Of a stretch of 64,000 nt of DNA, positions 1 to 11,134 are shown in pieces. The DNA is from an uncultured Gemmatimonadaceae bacterium (GTDB taxonomy: Bacteria; Gemmatimonadota; Gemmatimonadetes; Gemmatimonadales; Gemmatimonadaceae). Under the pieces are notes generated by a model. It made no database searches and was not told the DNA's origin. It saw nothing but the letters and a program-made list of their open reading frames with translations. The stretch is taken from positions 224,001 through 288,000 of the forward strand of contig CAWFQK010000004.1 of the NCBI GenBank assembly GCA_963817955.1, given 5' to 3'. Each line of letters begins with the position of its first letter. Within the stretch, counting starts at the first letter, position 1. Both the position numbers and the translations under genes were made by a program.

Positions 1-1
1 C

Positions 2-1798
2 TCCACGCCAATCGCTGGCGTCCGCATCGGACGCATTCAGGAAAAGTGGGTGCTCAACCCCACGTTCCAGCAGCTCGCTTACAGCGACATGGACATCGTC
101 GTTGCCGGCTCTGCGGACTCGATCCTCATGGTCGAAGGCGGAGCGATCGAGGTGCAGGAAGATGATATCGTCGAAGGGCTGACAGTGGCGCAGAAGGGTA
201 TTCGCGAGCTCGTCGCCGCCCAGGAAGAGCTGCTCAAGCAGATGGACGACCGGCCGGCCAAGATGGAGTGGACGAAGGCCGAGGTGCCCGAGGATCTCCA
301 GGTTCAGGTCAAGAAGCTCGCGGAAGGCAAGATTCGCGAGGCGCTGAACCAGAAGGACAAGCACACGCGCATCCAGTCCGTCGAACGGGTGAAGACGGAG
401 CTGGCCGAGGGCTTGTTGGCTGACTTCCCGGATGCCGACAAGGACATCCACATGCTGCTCGGCGACGTCGAGTACCACCAGCTTCGCGCCCAGGTGCTCG
501 ACACCGGCCACCGCGTGGACGGGCGTACGTCGAACGAAGTTCGGCCGATCACTATCGACATGGGCCTGCTGCCTCGCGCGCATGGCTCGTCGTTGTTCAC
601 GCGCGGCCAGACGCAGGCGCTCGTCGCCGCGACCCTCGGCACGGCGAATGACGTTCAGCGCCTCGATACGATCAACGAGCCGCAGGAAACGACCAAGTCG
701 TTCATGCTGCACTACAATTTCCCGCCGTTCTCGACGGGTGAAGTTCGCCCGATGCGCGGCACGTCACGTCGTGAGATCGGCCACGGGAATCTGGCCGAGC
801 GCGCGCTCCAGGCGGTGCTTCCGGCGTTCGAGGAGTTCCCGTACACCATTCGCATCGTGTCGGATATCCTCGAGTCGAACGGCTCCTCCTCGATGGCCTC
901 GGTGTGCGGCGGTTCGCTGGCGCTGTTCGATGCCGGTGTCCCGATGCGCGCCGCCGTTGCTGGTGTCGCAATGGGCCTGATCAAGGAAGGAAAGAAGTAC
1001 GCGGTCCTCACCGACATCCTTGGCACCGAGGATCACCTCGGCGACATGGACTTCAAGGTTGCGGGCACGCGCAACGGCATCACGTCCATTCAGATGGACA
1101 TCAAGGTTGAGGGACTCGACCTCAAGATCATGGCCGAAGCATTGGCGCAGGCGAAGGACGGCCGGCTGCACATTCTCGGCGAGATGGAGAAGGCGCTGTC
1201 CACGCCACGCAGCGACCTGTCGCCGTTTGCGCCGCGGATCGTGACCGTGCAGATCAGCCCGGAGAAGATCGGAGACCTCATCGGCCCGAAGGGCAAGACC
1301 ATTCGCGGTATTCAGGACGAGACGGGCGCCGAACTCATGGTCGACGACTCGGGTCTCGTGACGATCGCCGCAGTTGGTGGCGAAGCGATGGAGCGTGCCC
1401 GTCAGATGGTGCAGGCGCTCACGGCCGAGCCGATTGTTGGCGAGACGTACGAAGGCATGGTGAAGACGACGACGCCGTTCGGCGCGTTCGTGGAGATCAT
1501 GCCCGGCACCGAAGGCCTCGTGCACATTTCCGAGATGCGCCACGAACGCACGGAGAAGACCGAGGACGTCGTGAAGAAGGGCGATCGGGTGAAGGTGAAG
1601 TTGATCGACCGCGACGAACGTGGACGTCTTCGCCTCTCGATGAAGGCGTTGCTCCCGCGTCCGGAAGGCATGCCGGAGCCGGAAAACGACGGTGTGAGCG
1701 AGGGTGGTGAAGGTGGAGAGCGTCCGCGCCGCGAGCGCAGCGAGGGCGACCGTCCGCGTCGCGGTGGTCGTGGCGGCGGAGAGCGCTCGCGTCGATAG
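2..1798 (+). CDS. pnp: Polyribonucleotide nucleotidyltransferase (PNPase), 5'-truncated by window edge
   Basis: RNase PH motifs (RREIGHG, LESNGSSSMASVC, EDHLGDMDFKVAGT), then KH and S1 domains. Frame is open from base 2. Confidence 0.98.
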   Translation, partial: STPIAGVRIGRIQEKWVLNPTFQQLAYSDMDIVVAGSADSILMVEGGAIEVQEDDIVEGLTVAQKGIRELVAAQEELLKQMDDRPAKMEWTKAEVPEDLQVQVKKLAEGKIREALNQKDKHTRIQSVERVKTELAEGLLADFPDADKDIHMLLGDVEYHQLRAQVLDTGHRVDGRTSNEVRPITIDMGLLPRAHGSSLFTRGQTQALVAATLGTANDVQRLDTINEPQETTKSFMLHYNFPPFSTGEVRPMRGTSRREIGHGNLAERALQAVLPAFEEFPYTIRIVSDILESNGSSSMASVCGGSLALFDAGVPMRAAVAGVAMGLIKEGKKYAVLTDILGTEDHLGDMDFKVAGTRNGITSIQMDIKVEGLDLKIMAEALAQAKDGRLHILGEMEKALSTPRSDLSPFAPRIVTVQISPEKIGDLIGPKGKTIRGIQDETGAELMVDDSGLVTIAAVGGEAMERARQMVQALTAEPIVGETYEGMVKTTTPFGAFVEIMPGTEGLVHISEMRHERTEKTEDVVKKGDRVKVKLIDRDERGRLRLSMKALLPRPEGMPEPENDGVSEGGEGGERPRRERSEGDRPRRGGRGGGERSRR

Positions 1799-3042
1799 TG
1801 TCCGATCTTCGTAGAACCGTTTTCCCGAATGGACTGACCGTACTCTCGGAGCACATGCCGGGAGTGCGGTCGGTTGCGTTCGGGGCGTGGGTCCGCGCCG
1901 CGTCGCTGCATGAGCCGCGCGATCGGATGGGCGTGTCGCATCTGCTCGAGCACATGGTCTTCAAGGGCACGGAGCGGCGCAGTGCGCATCAGATCGCGCT
2001 CTCCCTCGAGGCGCTCGGTGGATCGCTCGACGCGTACACCTCGCGAGAGCATACGGTGTATCAGGGGCGCGTCCTCGACGAGCATCTGCTCGAAGCCGCG
2101 GACGTGATTGGCGACATCGTCTTCCGTCCCACGCTGCGCGACACCGATCTGGCGCTCGAACGCAAGGTGATTCTCGAAGAAATTGCCATGGTCGACGACA
2201 CGCCGGATGATCTCGTATTCGAGCTGCACAACGAGATCCTGTGGGGCGATCACCCCTACGGCTACTCCATCCTTGGCACGCGGGACACCGTGACATCGCT
2301 CGGGGTGGCCGATCTCCGCGATCTTCACGCGCGCGCGTATCACCCGGGTCATCTCGTGGTGGCAGCGAGCGGCAACGTGGAGCACGAGCAGTTGCTCGAT
2401 GTGCTGGCGCGCACCGGGTGGGTCGACGCGGCGGGCGGCGATCCCGCGCCCCTCGTCTTGCTGCCGCCGCATACCGCGGCGCCGACCTCGCGTCACGTGA
2501 TGCGAGAGGGTGCCCAGACGCACATCGTCGTCGGCACCACGGCTCCGGCGCATGGCGACGCGCGTCGTTTTCCGCTGCTGCTTCTCAGCATGCTGCTGGG
2601 CGGCGGCATGAGTTCGCGGCTGTTCCAGCGCGTGCGCGAGGAGCTCGGGTTGGCGTACGCGGTGTACACGTACCAGTCGTTTCATGCCGATAGTGGCATG
2701 CATGGTGTGTACGTGGCGACGGCACCCGACTCGGCGAGTGCCGCGCTGGATGCCATTCGCCGCGAACTCCGCGAGGTCGTGGCGAATGGCTTGCCCGCCG
2801 CGGAGATCGCGATGGGCCGGCAACAGCTGAAAGGCCAGGTCACGCTGTCGCTCGAGGGTGTTTCGTCGCGCATGTACCGCGCGGCGTCGGTGGAGCTGTA
2901 CGGTGAGCCGTATCGCACGCTCGACCAGCTGCTCGCGCTCATCGACGAGATTACCGAGGAGGACGTGGCGCGCGTGGCCGCCGAATTCTTCGATCCCGGC
3001 CAGATGACGGTCGTGAGTCTGGGCCCCGTAGCGGCAGAGTGA
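1798..3042 (+). CDS. M16 (pitrilysin-like) zinc peptidase
   Basis: Inverted zinc motif HLLEH and GGGMSSRLFQ motif. Usual position downstream of pnp. Confidence 0.93.
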   Translation: MSDLRRTVFPNGLTVLSEHMPGVRSVAFGAWVRAASLHEPRDRMGVSHLLEHMVFKGTERRSAHQIALSLEALGGSLDAYTSREHTVYQGRVLDEHLLEAADVIGDIVFRPTLRDTDLALERKVILEEIAMVDDTPDDLVFELHNEILWGDHPYGYSILGTRDTVTSLGVADLRDLHARAYHPGHLVVAASGNVEHEQLLDVLARTGWVDAAGGDPAPLVLLPPHTAAPTSRHVMREGAQTHIVVGTTAPAHGDARRFPLLLLSMLLGGGMSSRLFQRVREELGLAYAVYTYQSFHADSGMHGVYVATAPDSASAALDAIRRELREVVANGLPAAEIAMGRQQLKGQVTLSLEGVSSRMYRAASVELYGEPYRTLDQLLALIDEITEEDVARVAAEFFDPGQMTVVSLGPVAAE

Positions 3043-3106
3043 GGCCGGCCCGATTACCTTCCAAGCGCAATCGCAGCAAATCCATTCCCCCAAATCTGCG
3101 ACGACA

Positions 3107-4225
3107 ATGAAGATCGGCGTCCCTAAAGAGATCAAGACAAACGAAAACCGGATCGCGCTCGTACCTGCCGGTGCTGAAGCGCTCGTCGGTGCAGGACATT
3201 CCGTACGCATCGAAACCGGCGCTGGACTCGGCAGCGGGTTCCCGGACGAGGCGTTCACGGCCGTCGGTGCGACGATCGCAGCCGACGCCGCGACGGTCTG
3301 GAAAGACAGTGACATGATCATGAAGGTGAAAGAGCCCATTGGGCAGGAATGGCCGCACATGCGGTGCGGTCAGCTCATCTTCACGTACTTCCATTTCGCC
3401 GCCGACGAGAAGCTGACGAAGGCGCATATGGCGAGTGGCGCGACCTGCGTGGCGTACGAGACCGTCGAGCTGCCGAGCCGAGAACTGCCCCTGCTCACGC
3501 CGATGTCCGAAGTGGCCGGCCGCATGGCAGTGCAGGAAGGTGCGAAGTACCTCGAGAAGCTGTACGGCGGCCGCGGCGTGCTGCTCGGCGGCGTACCGGG
3601 TGTCGCGCCGGCCAAAGTCGTCATTCTCGGCGGCGGCATTGTTGGCATCAACGCCGCGAAGATGGCGGCGGGTATGGGCGCGAAGGTCACGATCATCGAC
3701 ATGTCGCTGGAACGCCTGCGGTACCTGTCAGACGTCATGCCGGCGAACTGCATCATGATCCACTCGAACCGGCACAACATTCTCGAGCAGATCACCACGG
3801 CGGACCTCGTTGTCGGTGGCGTGTTGATCACCGGTGCCAAGGCGCCCAAGCTCATTCGTCGGGAAGACCTCAAGCTCATGCAGCCCGGCTCGGTGATTGT
3901 GGACGTCGCCATCGATCAGGGCGGTTGCGTGGAGACGATCCATGCGACGACCCACGAGAATCCGACTTATGTGGTGGACGGCATCATCCACTACGGCGTG
4001 GCCAACATGCCTGGTGGCGTGCCGCGCACGTCCACCCTGGCGCTGACCAACGCGACGTTGCCGTACGCCCTCCAGCTGGCGAACAAGGGATGGAAGAAGG
4101 CGCTGCGCGAGAACCCGGCGCTGCTCAAGGGTCTCAACATGACCGAAGGGCACGTGACCTATCCGGGTGTGGCCCAAGCGTTCGGCATGGAGTGTGAGGA
4201 CCCGGCGACGTTTATCGTGGCGTAG
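3107..4225 (+). CDS. ald: Alanine dehydrogenase
   Basis: MKIGVPKEIK, PMSEVAGR, DVAIDQGG and VANMPG motifs. Confidence 0.97.
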   Translation: MKIGVPKEIKTNENRIALVPAGAEALVGAGHSVRIETGAGLGSGFPDEAFTAVGATIAADAATVWKDSDMIMKVKEPIGQEWPHMRCGQLIFTYFHFAADEKLTKAHMASGATCVAYETVELPSRELPLLTPMSEVAGRMAVQEGAKYLEKLYGGRGVLLGGVPGVAPAKVVILGGGIVGINAAKMAAGMGAKVTIIDMSLERLRYLSDVMPANCIMIHSNRHNILEQITTADLVVGGVLITGAKAPKLIRREDLKLMQPGSVIVDVAIDQGGCVETIHATTHENPTYVVDGIIHYGVANMPGGVPRTSTLALTNATLPYALQLANKGWKKALRENPALLKGLNMTEGHVTYPGVAQAFGMECEDPATFIVA

Positions 4226-4246
4226 GGTCTGCGGTAGGGGTTACTG

Positions 4247-4282
4247 GGATGGGCGTTCGGGCTGCCGAACGCTCATCCATTT
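4247..4282 (+). terminator. Hairpin, probable intrinsic terminator after ald
   Basis: GGATGGGCGTTCGG-gctg-CCGAACGCTCATCC: 14-bp stem with one G-U pair, followed by a short ATTT. Confidence 0.6.
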
Positions 4283-4423
4283 CCTCGCTCCCATCGCGTA
4301 TCTTAGGTTCCCTCAATATCTTGTAGTGACGGGACGGCCTCTCTAGCTCCCCGTGTTTGACCGGTGTGGGCAGGTGTTGATGCGCCGGATTTCTTGGGCT
4401 CTGCGACGATTCTCCAGGACTGG

Positions 4424-5464
4424 ATGCGCTGGCCAGCTTTCATGAAGACGGGGGCGTTGTTCCCCGCAAACGCAATCGGTGTCGATCTCGGCACCGCGAA
4501 CACCCTCATCTATGTGAAGGGTGAGGGGATCGTCCTGAACGAGCCCTCCGTGGTCGCGATCGATCGCGAAACAAAAAAGATCAAAGGCGTCGGGCTCGAA
4601 GCGAAGCGGATGATCGGCCGCACGCCGGAAGGCGTGATCGCGGTGCGGCCGATGAAGGACGGCGTGATCGCCGACTTCGACGTGACCGAGAAGATGCTGC
4701 GCTACTTCCTGACGCTGATCATCGAGAACCACGTGTTCAAGGTGAAGCCACGCGTCATCGTGTGCGTGCCGTCGGGCATTACAGAAGTCGAAAAGCGCGC
4801 CGTGCGCGATTCGGCACTCGGGGCGGGCGCCAAGGAAGTCTTCATGGTCGCGGAACCCATGGCGGCGGCGATCGGCGTCGGTCTGCCGGTCGAGACGCCG
4901 ACGGGCAACATGGTGATCGACATCGGCGGCGGCACGACGGAGATCGCGGTCATCGCGCTGTCGGGCATCGTCAGCGACACCTCCATCCGGACCGGCGGTG
5001 ACGAGCTCGATACGTCGATCGTGCAGTTCATGCGCAAGAATTACAATCTGCTCATCGGCGAACCGACGGCCGAGCAGATCAAGATCAACATCGGCTCCGC
5101 GGCACCGGTCGGCGATGAGCGCGAGATGGAAGTGAAGGGACGCGACCTCGTGTCTGGCATTCCGAAGACCGTGCGCATCCACTCCACGGAGATCCGAGAG
5201 GCCATTCAGGAGCCGATCCAACAGATCGTGGACGCGGTGCGCCGCGCGCTGGAAATCACTCCCCCGGAACTGGCAAGCGACATCGTCGACCGCGGCATCG
5301 TCATGACTGGCGGTGGTGCACTCATTCGTGGACTCGACCTGCTGCTGAGCCAGGAAACGAGCCTGCCCATCCACGTCGACGAGGATCCGCTCACCTGCGT
5401 CGTCCGCGGTACGGGCCGGATACTCGACGACGAAGAGAAATACTGGTCGGTCCTCAGCACGTGA
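4424..5464 (+). CDS. mreB: Rod shape-determining protein MreB
   Basis: [22 protein letters not shown] and TGGGAL actin-fold motifs. Start placed at ATG 4424 after AGGA. Confidence 0.97.
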   Translation: MRWPAFMKTGALFPANAIGVDLGTANTLIYVKGEGIVLNEPSVVAIDRETKKIKGVGLEAKRMIGRTPEGVIAVRPMKDGVIADFDVTEKMLRYFLTLIIENHVFKVKPRVIVCVPSGITEVEKRAVRDSALGAGAKEVFMVAEPMAAAIGVGLPVETPTGNMVIDIGGGTTEIAVIALSGIVSDTSIRTGGDELDTSIVQFMRKNYNLLIGEPTAEQIKINIGSAAPVGDEREMEVKGRDLVSGIPKTVRIHSTEIREAIQEPIQQIVDAVRRALEITPPELASDIVDRGIVMTGGGALIRGLDLLLSQETSLPIHVDEDPLTCVVRGTGRILDDEEKYWSVLST

Positions 5465-5472
5465 GGTAGTCG

Positions 5473-6636
5473 TTGGCCACCGCAGCACGTCTCGGAAGCC
5501 GCATCGACGCCAGCCTGCTGGTCGGCTGCGTCGTCTTGTCTCTCATCGCGATCGTGCTGCCCGCGGACGATCGCGACCCTGTTGCCAGCGCGCTCAGGCG
5601 TTCGATCGTGGCTCCGCTCGTCACGCTGCAGCGCGGAGCCGAGCGTTGGCGCACGGCGTGGGTGTCGAGCGAGCAACGGCAGCGCTCCACGGACTCGGTG
5701 TCCATGCGGGCGATCAAGGCCCAAGCGCTCGAGGTGGAGAACGATCAGCTCCGGAAGGTCATCGGTCTCGGGACGCGCCTCCAATGGGGCTTCGTGCCGG
5801 CGGAGGCACTCCACAGCACGGTACCGAGTGAGGACGTGGTGACGACGATGACGCTCACCGCCGGCTCTACCGCGGGCATCCAGCAGTACAGCCCCGTCGT
5901 CGCGCCAGAAGGGCTCGTGGGAACCATTTACAAGGCCGATCCCACGATGAGTATCGTGATCCTCTACACCAACCCGGACTTCCGGGCGAGCGCGATGTCT
6001 GCCGACGGCACGGCTTTCGGCATCGTCTATCCACATCCGGCCCGCGTCACGGGCGGCGACGCGTACATGTTGGAGCTCCGTGGCGTGCCGACGCGCGTCC
6101 AGCTCAAACCCGGCACGTTGATCTTCACCTCCGGCCTGGGTGGCACCTTCCCACGCGGTATCACCGTCGGCAGTGTCGTGCAGGAGATCAAGACGAGCGA
6201 AGTCTGGACCCGCACGTATCTGGTTCGTCCTGCCGTCACGCCGTCGCACATTACATCTGTGATGGTGCTTACCGCACAGCGCGTGACGCAAGGGACGGGC
6301 AACGTGTGGGGGGGAGCTACCGTGAACTCCGACTCGGCGACCAAGCGGATTGTAGCGGTCGGCGATTCGCTGGCGCGTCAAGCGGCGGCGCTCGAGGCCC
6401 AGGCGCGGCTAGCCACATTGGATTCGGTGCGCAGAGTGACGATCGATTCCATGCGGCGCGCCCTTGGTGTGCCGCCAGCGGTGCTAGCGCCCGCTGATAG
6501 CGCATCACAGCGCCGCGGTCCGGTCGTACCCAACCGAACGGCACCAGTCGTGCGTGATACAACCCCGCTCCGTCGCCCGGCGGTCCCGCGGCGAGACTCC
6601 ATTCGTCCTGACCCCACTCGACCGCCTCGCCCATGA
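5473..6636 (+). CDS. mreC: Rod shape-determining protein MreC with Pro/Arg-rich C-terminal tail
   Basis: N-terminal TM segment, LEVENDQLR coiled coil, GLVG and TSGLGGTFPRGITVG motifs. Operon position. Confidence 0.92.
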   Translation: MATAARLGSRIDASLLVGCVVLSLIAIVLPADDRDPVASALRRSIVAPLVTLQRGAERWRTAWVSSEQRQRSTDSVSMRAIKAQALEVENDQLRKVIGLGTRLQWGFVPAEALHSTVPSEDVVTTMTLTAGSTAGIQQYSPVVAPEGLVGTIYKADPTMSIVILYTNPDFRASAMSADGTAFGIVYPHPARVTGGDAYMLELRGVPTRVQLKPGTLIFTSGLGGTFPRGITVGSVVQEIKTSEVWTRTYLVRPAVTPSHITSVMVLTAQRVTQGTGNVWGGATVNSDSATKRIVAVGDSLARQAAALEAQARLATLDSVRRVTIDSMRRALGVPPAVLAPADSASQRRGPVVPNRTAPVVRDTTPLRRPAVPRRDSIRPDPTRPPRP

Positions 6637-7121
6637 ATTGGACCGGCGCCGTGCGGACGTTCATCGTCTGCGCGATCTTGATCGTGCTGCATTACACCTT
6701 GCGTCCGTTGCTCGCGTGGCGGGCATCGATCGATTTTCTCGTTGTCGCGCTGTTGCTCGGCGCGGTTCGAATGCGGCCGGGTGCCGCCGCCATATACGGC
6801 TTTCTGCTCGGACTGGTGTCTGATTCACTCGCCGTGTCCGGATTCGGCGCGGCCGCGCTCGGCATGTGTATCGTCGGATTCTCGGCGTCCTGGTTGAAGG
6901 CTGTCTTTTTCGCGGACAACCTGGCGTTGAACGGGTTCTTTTTGTTTCTCGCCAAGTGGCTGTTCGATCTGATCTTTCTGCTCGTGGGGCACCGCGCGCA
7001 CGGCGGTGAGCTCCTGATGCAGATCTTCGTCTGGTCCCCGCTCTCGGCAGCGGTGACGGCGGTGGCCGGCGTGATCGCGTTGTCGTTACTGAAACCGCTG
7101 ATGGAAGTGCGAACGGCGTGA
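6633..7121 (+). CDS. mreD: Rod shape-determining protein MreD
   Basis: Hydrophobic 162-aa protein with GFLLGLVSD, between mreC and the PBP2 gene. Confidence 0.88.
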   Translation: MNWTGAVRTFIVCAILIVLHYTLRPLLAWRASIDFLVVALLLGAVRMRPGAAAIYGFLLGLVSDSLAVSGFGAAALGMCIVGFSASWLKAVFFADNLALNGFFLFLAKWLFDLIFLLVGHRAHGGELLMQIFVWSPLSAAVTAVAGVIALSLLKPLMEVRTA

Positions 7122-8908
7122 GCTTTCACCCGAACGATGTCGTCCGGCGCGGGCGTGCGGCAAGTATCATCGTCGCCGGCGTGATCGTGTTTCTCCTCAG
7201 CGCGTTCTTCCGCGCCCAGGTGATGAAGAACGATGTCTACACGCTCCAATCGGAGGAGAATCGGCTGCGGCAGATCCCGACGGCGGCGCCGCGGGGCGTC
7301 ATTCTGGACCGCAACAACAAGCCGATTGCCGAGAACGTCGTAGGGTATTCGGTGGCGCTGCTGGCGCAGTCCGAGGATTCGCTCCGCGCCACGCTCAACC
7401 GGTTGCGCGGAACGATCAATTTGACCAATCGGCAGTTTGATGGTGCGGTCAGGAACTTCCGACGCGATCGCACGCGTCCAACGGTGATCGTGCAGGACGC
7501 GTCGTTCGACGTGGTGTCGGTCCTCGAGGAGCATCGCATCGAGTACCCGAATCTCATCATTCAGTCGGCGCCCAAGCGGATCTATCCGGACGGGGAGGCG
7601 GTGGGCGCGTTCGTCGGCTTCATCAGCGAGATCAACGAGGGCGAGCTGGCCAGTCTTGCCTCCGCAGGCTACAAGGCTGGCCAGCTCATCGGAAAGGGTG
7701 GCCTCGAGAAGCAATACGAGCAACAGCTGCGTGGTCGCGAGGGCGTGCAATTCGTCGAAGTCGATGCCCGCAACCGCATCGTGCAAAATGGGCGTGCACG
7801 TGAGGCGATCACCCCGCAGGAAGGCCCGCCGCTGTACACCAACATCGATCTGGATCTGCAGGAGTACATCCACTCGCTGTTCGCCGACACGTTGTCTGGA
7901 GCGGTGGTGGCCATGGTGCCGCAGACCGGCGAGGTGCGCGCGCTCTACAGCTCGCCAGCGATCGATCCCAATCGATTCGTTGGCGGCGTGCCCGCCTCGT
8001 ACTACGACTCGTTGCAAAACGATCCGCGGAAACCGTTGTACAACAAGGCGCTGCAAGCGCAACAGCCGCCGGGGTCCACGTTCAAGCTGGCGACGTCGGT
8101 GATTGCGCTCGAGGACAGTCTGGTCACCTTCAATGACCATATGCCGGAACCGTGCAACGGTTACTACTATTTTGGCAATCGGGTGTGGCACTGCTGGAAG
8201 AAGGAGGGACATGGTAGCCTCAACCTCAGTGGCGCCATCGCGCAATCCTGCGACGTCTACTTCTATCAACTCGGACAGAGGATCGGGTTGAGCCGTCTCA
8301 TTGCCGGCGGCGTCTCGCTCGGGTTCGACAAGCGGACGGGAATCGACTTGCCGGAGGAGAAGCGGCCGATCTTCCCGTCAACTCCCGAGTACTTCAATCA
8401 GAAATATGGTCCGCGCGGGTGGACCGCGGGATCGACCATTCTCAACCTCGCCATTGGCCAGGGTGAGAATTCGCAAACGGTGATCAACATGGCGCGCTTC
8501 TACAGCGCGCTTGCCACCGACGGCTCCGAGCCGACGCCGATGCTCAAACGCGGCCAGCCGCAGCGGCGCAAGAGCATCGATCTGTCGCCCGATCAGCTCG
8601 TGCAGCTACGCAAGGCGATGATGGGTGTCGTCGCCGCCGGCGGCACGGCCGCTGGCGCAATGATCAGTGGAGTGAACGTTGCCGGCAAGACTGGCACCGC
8701 CCAGACGATGCGCTACGCGAAGAACGGCAAGCCAACCTATTATGCGTGGTTCGCCGGCATGGCGCCGGCAGACAATCCACAGATCGTGGTCATCGTCATG
8801 GTGCCAGACGTGACATTCGAAGGGGCGACTTCGGCGCTCTACGCAACGAAGATCATCGCGCATTACCTGCACGTGAAGGTCGCGAACACCATCGAGAATA
8901 CCGGCTGA
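7118..8908 (+). CDS. mrdA: Penicillin-binding protein 2
   Basis: APRGVILDRN, PGSTFK (SxxK), SCD and GKTGTAQ (KTG) motifs. Confidence 0.96.
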   Translation: MSFHPNDVVRRGRAASIIVAGVIVFLLSAFFRAQVMKNDVYTLQSEENRLRQIPTAAPRGVILDRNNKPIAENVVGYSVALLAQSEDSLRATLNRLRGTINLTNRQFDGAVRNFRRDRTRPTVIVQDASFDVVSVLEEHRIEYPNLIIQSAPKRIYPDGEAVGAFVGFISEINEGELASLASAGYKAGQLIGKGGLEKQYEQQLRGREGVQFVEVDARNRIVQNGRAREAITPQEGPPLYTNIDLDLQEYIHSLFADTLSGAVVAMVPQTGEVRALYSSPAIDPNRFVGGVPASYYDSLQNDPRKPLYNKALQAQQPPGSTFKLATSVIALEDSLVTFNDHMPEPCNGYYYFGNRVWHCWKKEGHGSLNLSGAIAQSCDVYFYQLGQRIGLSRLIAGGVSLGFDKRTGIDLPEEKRPIFPSTPEYFNQKYGPRGWTAGSTILNLAIGQGENSQTVINMARFYSALATDGSEPTPMLKRGQPQRRKSIDLSPDQLVQLRKAMMGVVAAGGTAAGAMISGVNVAGKTGTAQTMRYAKNGKPTYYAWFAGMAPADNPQIVVIVMVPDVTFEGATSALYATKIIAHYLHVKVANTIENTG

Positions 8909-10167
8909 TGCGTCAAGGACGTCGCATCAACGTCGATCTGCCGCTCATCACCGTCGCCATTCTGCTGTCGCTGTACGGACTGGCGATCGTGTTCTCGGCC
9001 GGGCACACGGATGTTCGCACCGTGGCCACCGGCGTGTACAAGGCACAGGCCGTGTGGATGGTCCTCGGGATCTGTGCTGCGTTCGGAGTGAGCCGCGCAT
9101 CGGTCCGGCTCATGGAGTGGATGACGCTGCCGGTCTACATCTTCACGATCTTTGTGCTCGCCGCCCTACTGGTTGGCCTCGGCTCCGGCGCCGGCACGGC
9201 CACCAGCACGTCGGGCTGGCTGACGATTGGTGGGAGACGACTCGGCCAGCCGGCGGAGTTCGCAAAGCTCACCGTGGTTCTGATGCTGGCGCGCGTGCTG
9301 GCGCAGAATCGCGTTGCGCCGAAGTCACTGATTGAATTATGGAAACCGACCGTCGTGTGCGGCCTCCCATTGCTGCTCATCATGGCGCAGGGTGACCTCG
9401 GCACGTCGATCGTGTTCGTCGGGATCTTCTTCGCCATGTTGTTCTGGTCGGGTGTCGATTGGCAGCTCCTGCTGCTGCTCGCCAGCCCTGTGGTCAGCCT
9501 GGTCCTCGGCTTCGACTCGCGCATCTGGGGTGCGTGGTTCCTGTTGGTGTGCGCGTTGGTGCTTTGGTACAAGCCGTTCCTCGGGGAAGCGCTGTTCGTG
9601 GTCAGCGCGAACGTCATGGCGGGCGTCGTCAGTCCGTTGCTCTGGGAGCACTTGAAGCCTTATCGCCAGAACCGGCTCAAGGTGTTCCTCAACCCGTCCA
9701 TCGATCCGCGCGGCAGCGGCTACCACGTGTTGCAATCGATGACGGCAATTGGTTCCGGTGGATGGACGGGACGCGGATATCTCAACGGCCCGCAGAAGCG
9801 TCTCGCTTTTCTTCCCGAGCAGTACACGGACTTCATCTTTGCCGTGGTGGGCGAAGAGCTGGGATTCATCGGCGTGGCACTGGCGTTGGCGCTATTTCTA
9901 TTCCTGTTCCTGCGCGTGATACGCATCAGCGAACGGGCCAATGATTCATTCAGTAGCCTCGTCGCGTTTGGTTTGCTTGCGAGCTGGTTCACGCACGTGC
10001 TCGAGAACGTGGGCATGACGTTGAACCTCATGCCGATCACTGGCATTCCGTTGCCGTTCTTCAGCTACGGCGGGTCGTTCATGCTCGCGTGCTGGATCGC
10101 GGTGGGACTGCTGGCAAGAATCTCGAGCGAGGGCCGCGGCGGAATGACCGGCCCCCTCAAGGTCTGA
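8908..10167 (+). CDS. rodA: SEDS peptidoglycan polymerase RodA
   Basis: QPAEFAK, AIGSGG, LPEQYTDFIF and PITGIPLPFFSYGGS motifs. ATG overlaps the mrdA stop. Confidence 0.95.
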   Translation: MRQGRRINVDLPLITVAILLSLYGLAIVFSAGHTDVRTVATGVYKAQAVWMVLGICAAFGVSRASVRLMEWMTLPVYIFTIFVLAALLVGLGSGAGTATSTSGWLTIGGRRLGQPAEFAKLTVVLMLARVLAQNRVAPKSLIELWKPTVVCGLPLLLIMAQGDLGTSIVFVGIFFAMLFWSGVDWQLLLLLASPVVSLVLGFDSRIWGAWFLLVCALVLWYKPFLGEALFVVSANVMAGVVSPLLWEHLKPYRQNRLKVFLNPSIDPRGSGYHVLQSMTAIGSGGWTGRGYLNGPQKRLAFLPEQYTDFIFAVVGEELGFIGVALALALFLFLFLRVIRISERANDSFSSLVAFGLLASWFTHVLENVGMTLNLMPITGIPLPFFSYGGSFMLACWIAVGLLARISSEGRGGMTGPLKV

Positions 10168-10263
10168 TCGGCCCCCAATTCCGGCGTCGCGGGCATTCAC
10201 TTTGAACGGGCCCGCACATTGGCGGCCCTAGCCGTCCCGCTCCCTTTCGGCCAAATTCCAGGG

Positions 10264-11121
10264 ATGGCATGGTTCCGAAAGGAGAAGAAGCCCCGGCAAC
10301 CGCGGCGCGAACGGCTCGAAATTCCCGCCGACGTCTGGGAGAAGTGTGAAGCCTGCGGGCACACCGATATCCGCGAGAAGTTCGAGCGGAACACGAACGT
10401 TTGCCCGAGTTGCGATTATCACCGTCGCATTCGGGCCGCGGACTACTGCAACCTGCTGCTCGACGAGGGAACCATGGAGGAGGTCGAAGTCGACCTACGC
10501 TCCACGGATCCGTTGGGGTTTCCCGACTATCCCGCGCGTCTGAAGCGGGCGATTGCCAGCGCGGGCGACACCGATGCGTTGCTCGCCTGCACCGGAACAC
10601 TGGATTCGCTTCCCGTGAACCTTGGCGTGATGGACTTTGCATTCATGGGCGGTTCCATGGGCTCGGTCGTCGGTGAGAAGATCGCGCGACTCGGCTTGCG
10701 GTCGCTCGAGCGCAAGTACGCGCTCATCATTGTCTCGGCATCGGGTGGCGCGCGTATGCAGGAGGGCGTGCTGTCGCTCATGCAAATGGCGAAAGTCTCA
10801 GCCGTCCTGGCGCAGCTCGCCGAACGCCGAATCCCGTACATCTCCATCCTCACCAACCCAACGACGGGCGGCGTGAGTGCCAGCTACGCAATGCTTGGCG
10901 ACGCGATTCTCGCCGAACCGGGCGCCGTGATCGGCTTCGCCGGCCCACGAGTGATCAAGCAGACGCTCGGTCAGGATTTGCCCGAGGGCTTTCAGACCTC
11001 CGAATTCCTGCTCGATCACGGCATGCTCGACGGCGTAACCCATCGCCGTAATCTCAAGCGAACGGTCAGCCAATTGCTGCGGCACATGACCGGACGTCCC
11101 GCGGCGGCGGGGTGGACGTAG
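10264..11121 (+). CDS. accD: Acetyl-CoA carboxylase carboxyltransferase beta subunit
   Basis: N-terminal C4 zinc finger, FMGGSMG, SGGARMQEG and GFAGPRVI motifs. Confidence 0.97.
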   Translation: MAWFRKEKKPRQPRRERLEIPADVWEKCEACGHTDIREKFERNTNVCPSCDYHRRIRAADYCNLLLDEGTMEEVEVDLRSTDPLGFPDYPARLKRAIASAGDTDALLACTGTLDSLPVNLGVMDFAFMGGSMGSVVGEKIARLGLRSLERKYALIIVSASGGARMQEGVLSLMQMAKVSAVLAQLAERRIPYISILTNPTTGGVSASYAMLGDAILAEPGAVIGFAGPRVIKQTLGQDLPEGFQTSEFLLDHGMLDGVTHRRNLKRTVSQLLRHMTGRPAAAGWT

Positions 11122-11134
11122 GCCTGACGTGGTG

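Noticed and set aside
1402..3360. Long antisense ORFs (also 6692-8269, 28564-30105, 30287-31750, 57228-59345)
   Set aside because: Shadow frames opposite well-supported genes, expected in high-GC DNA, with no motifs.
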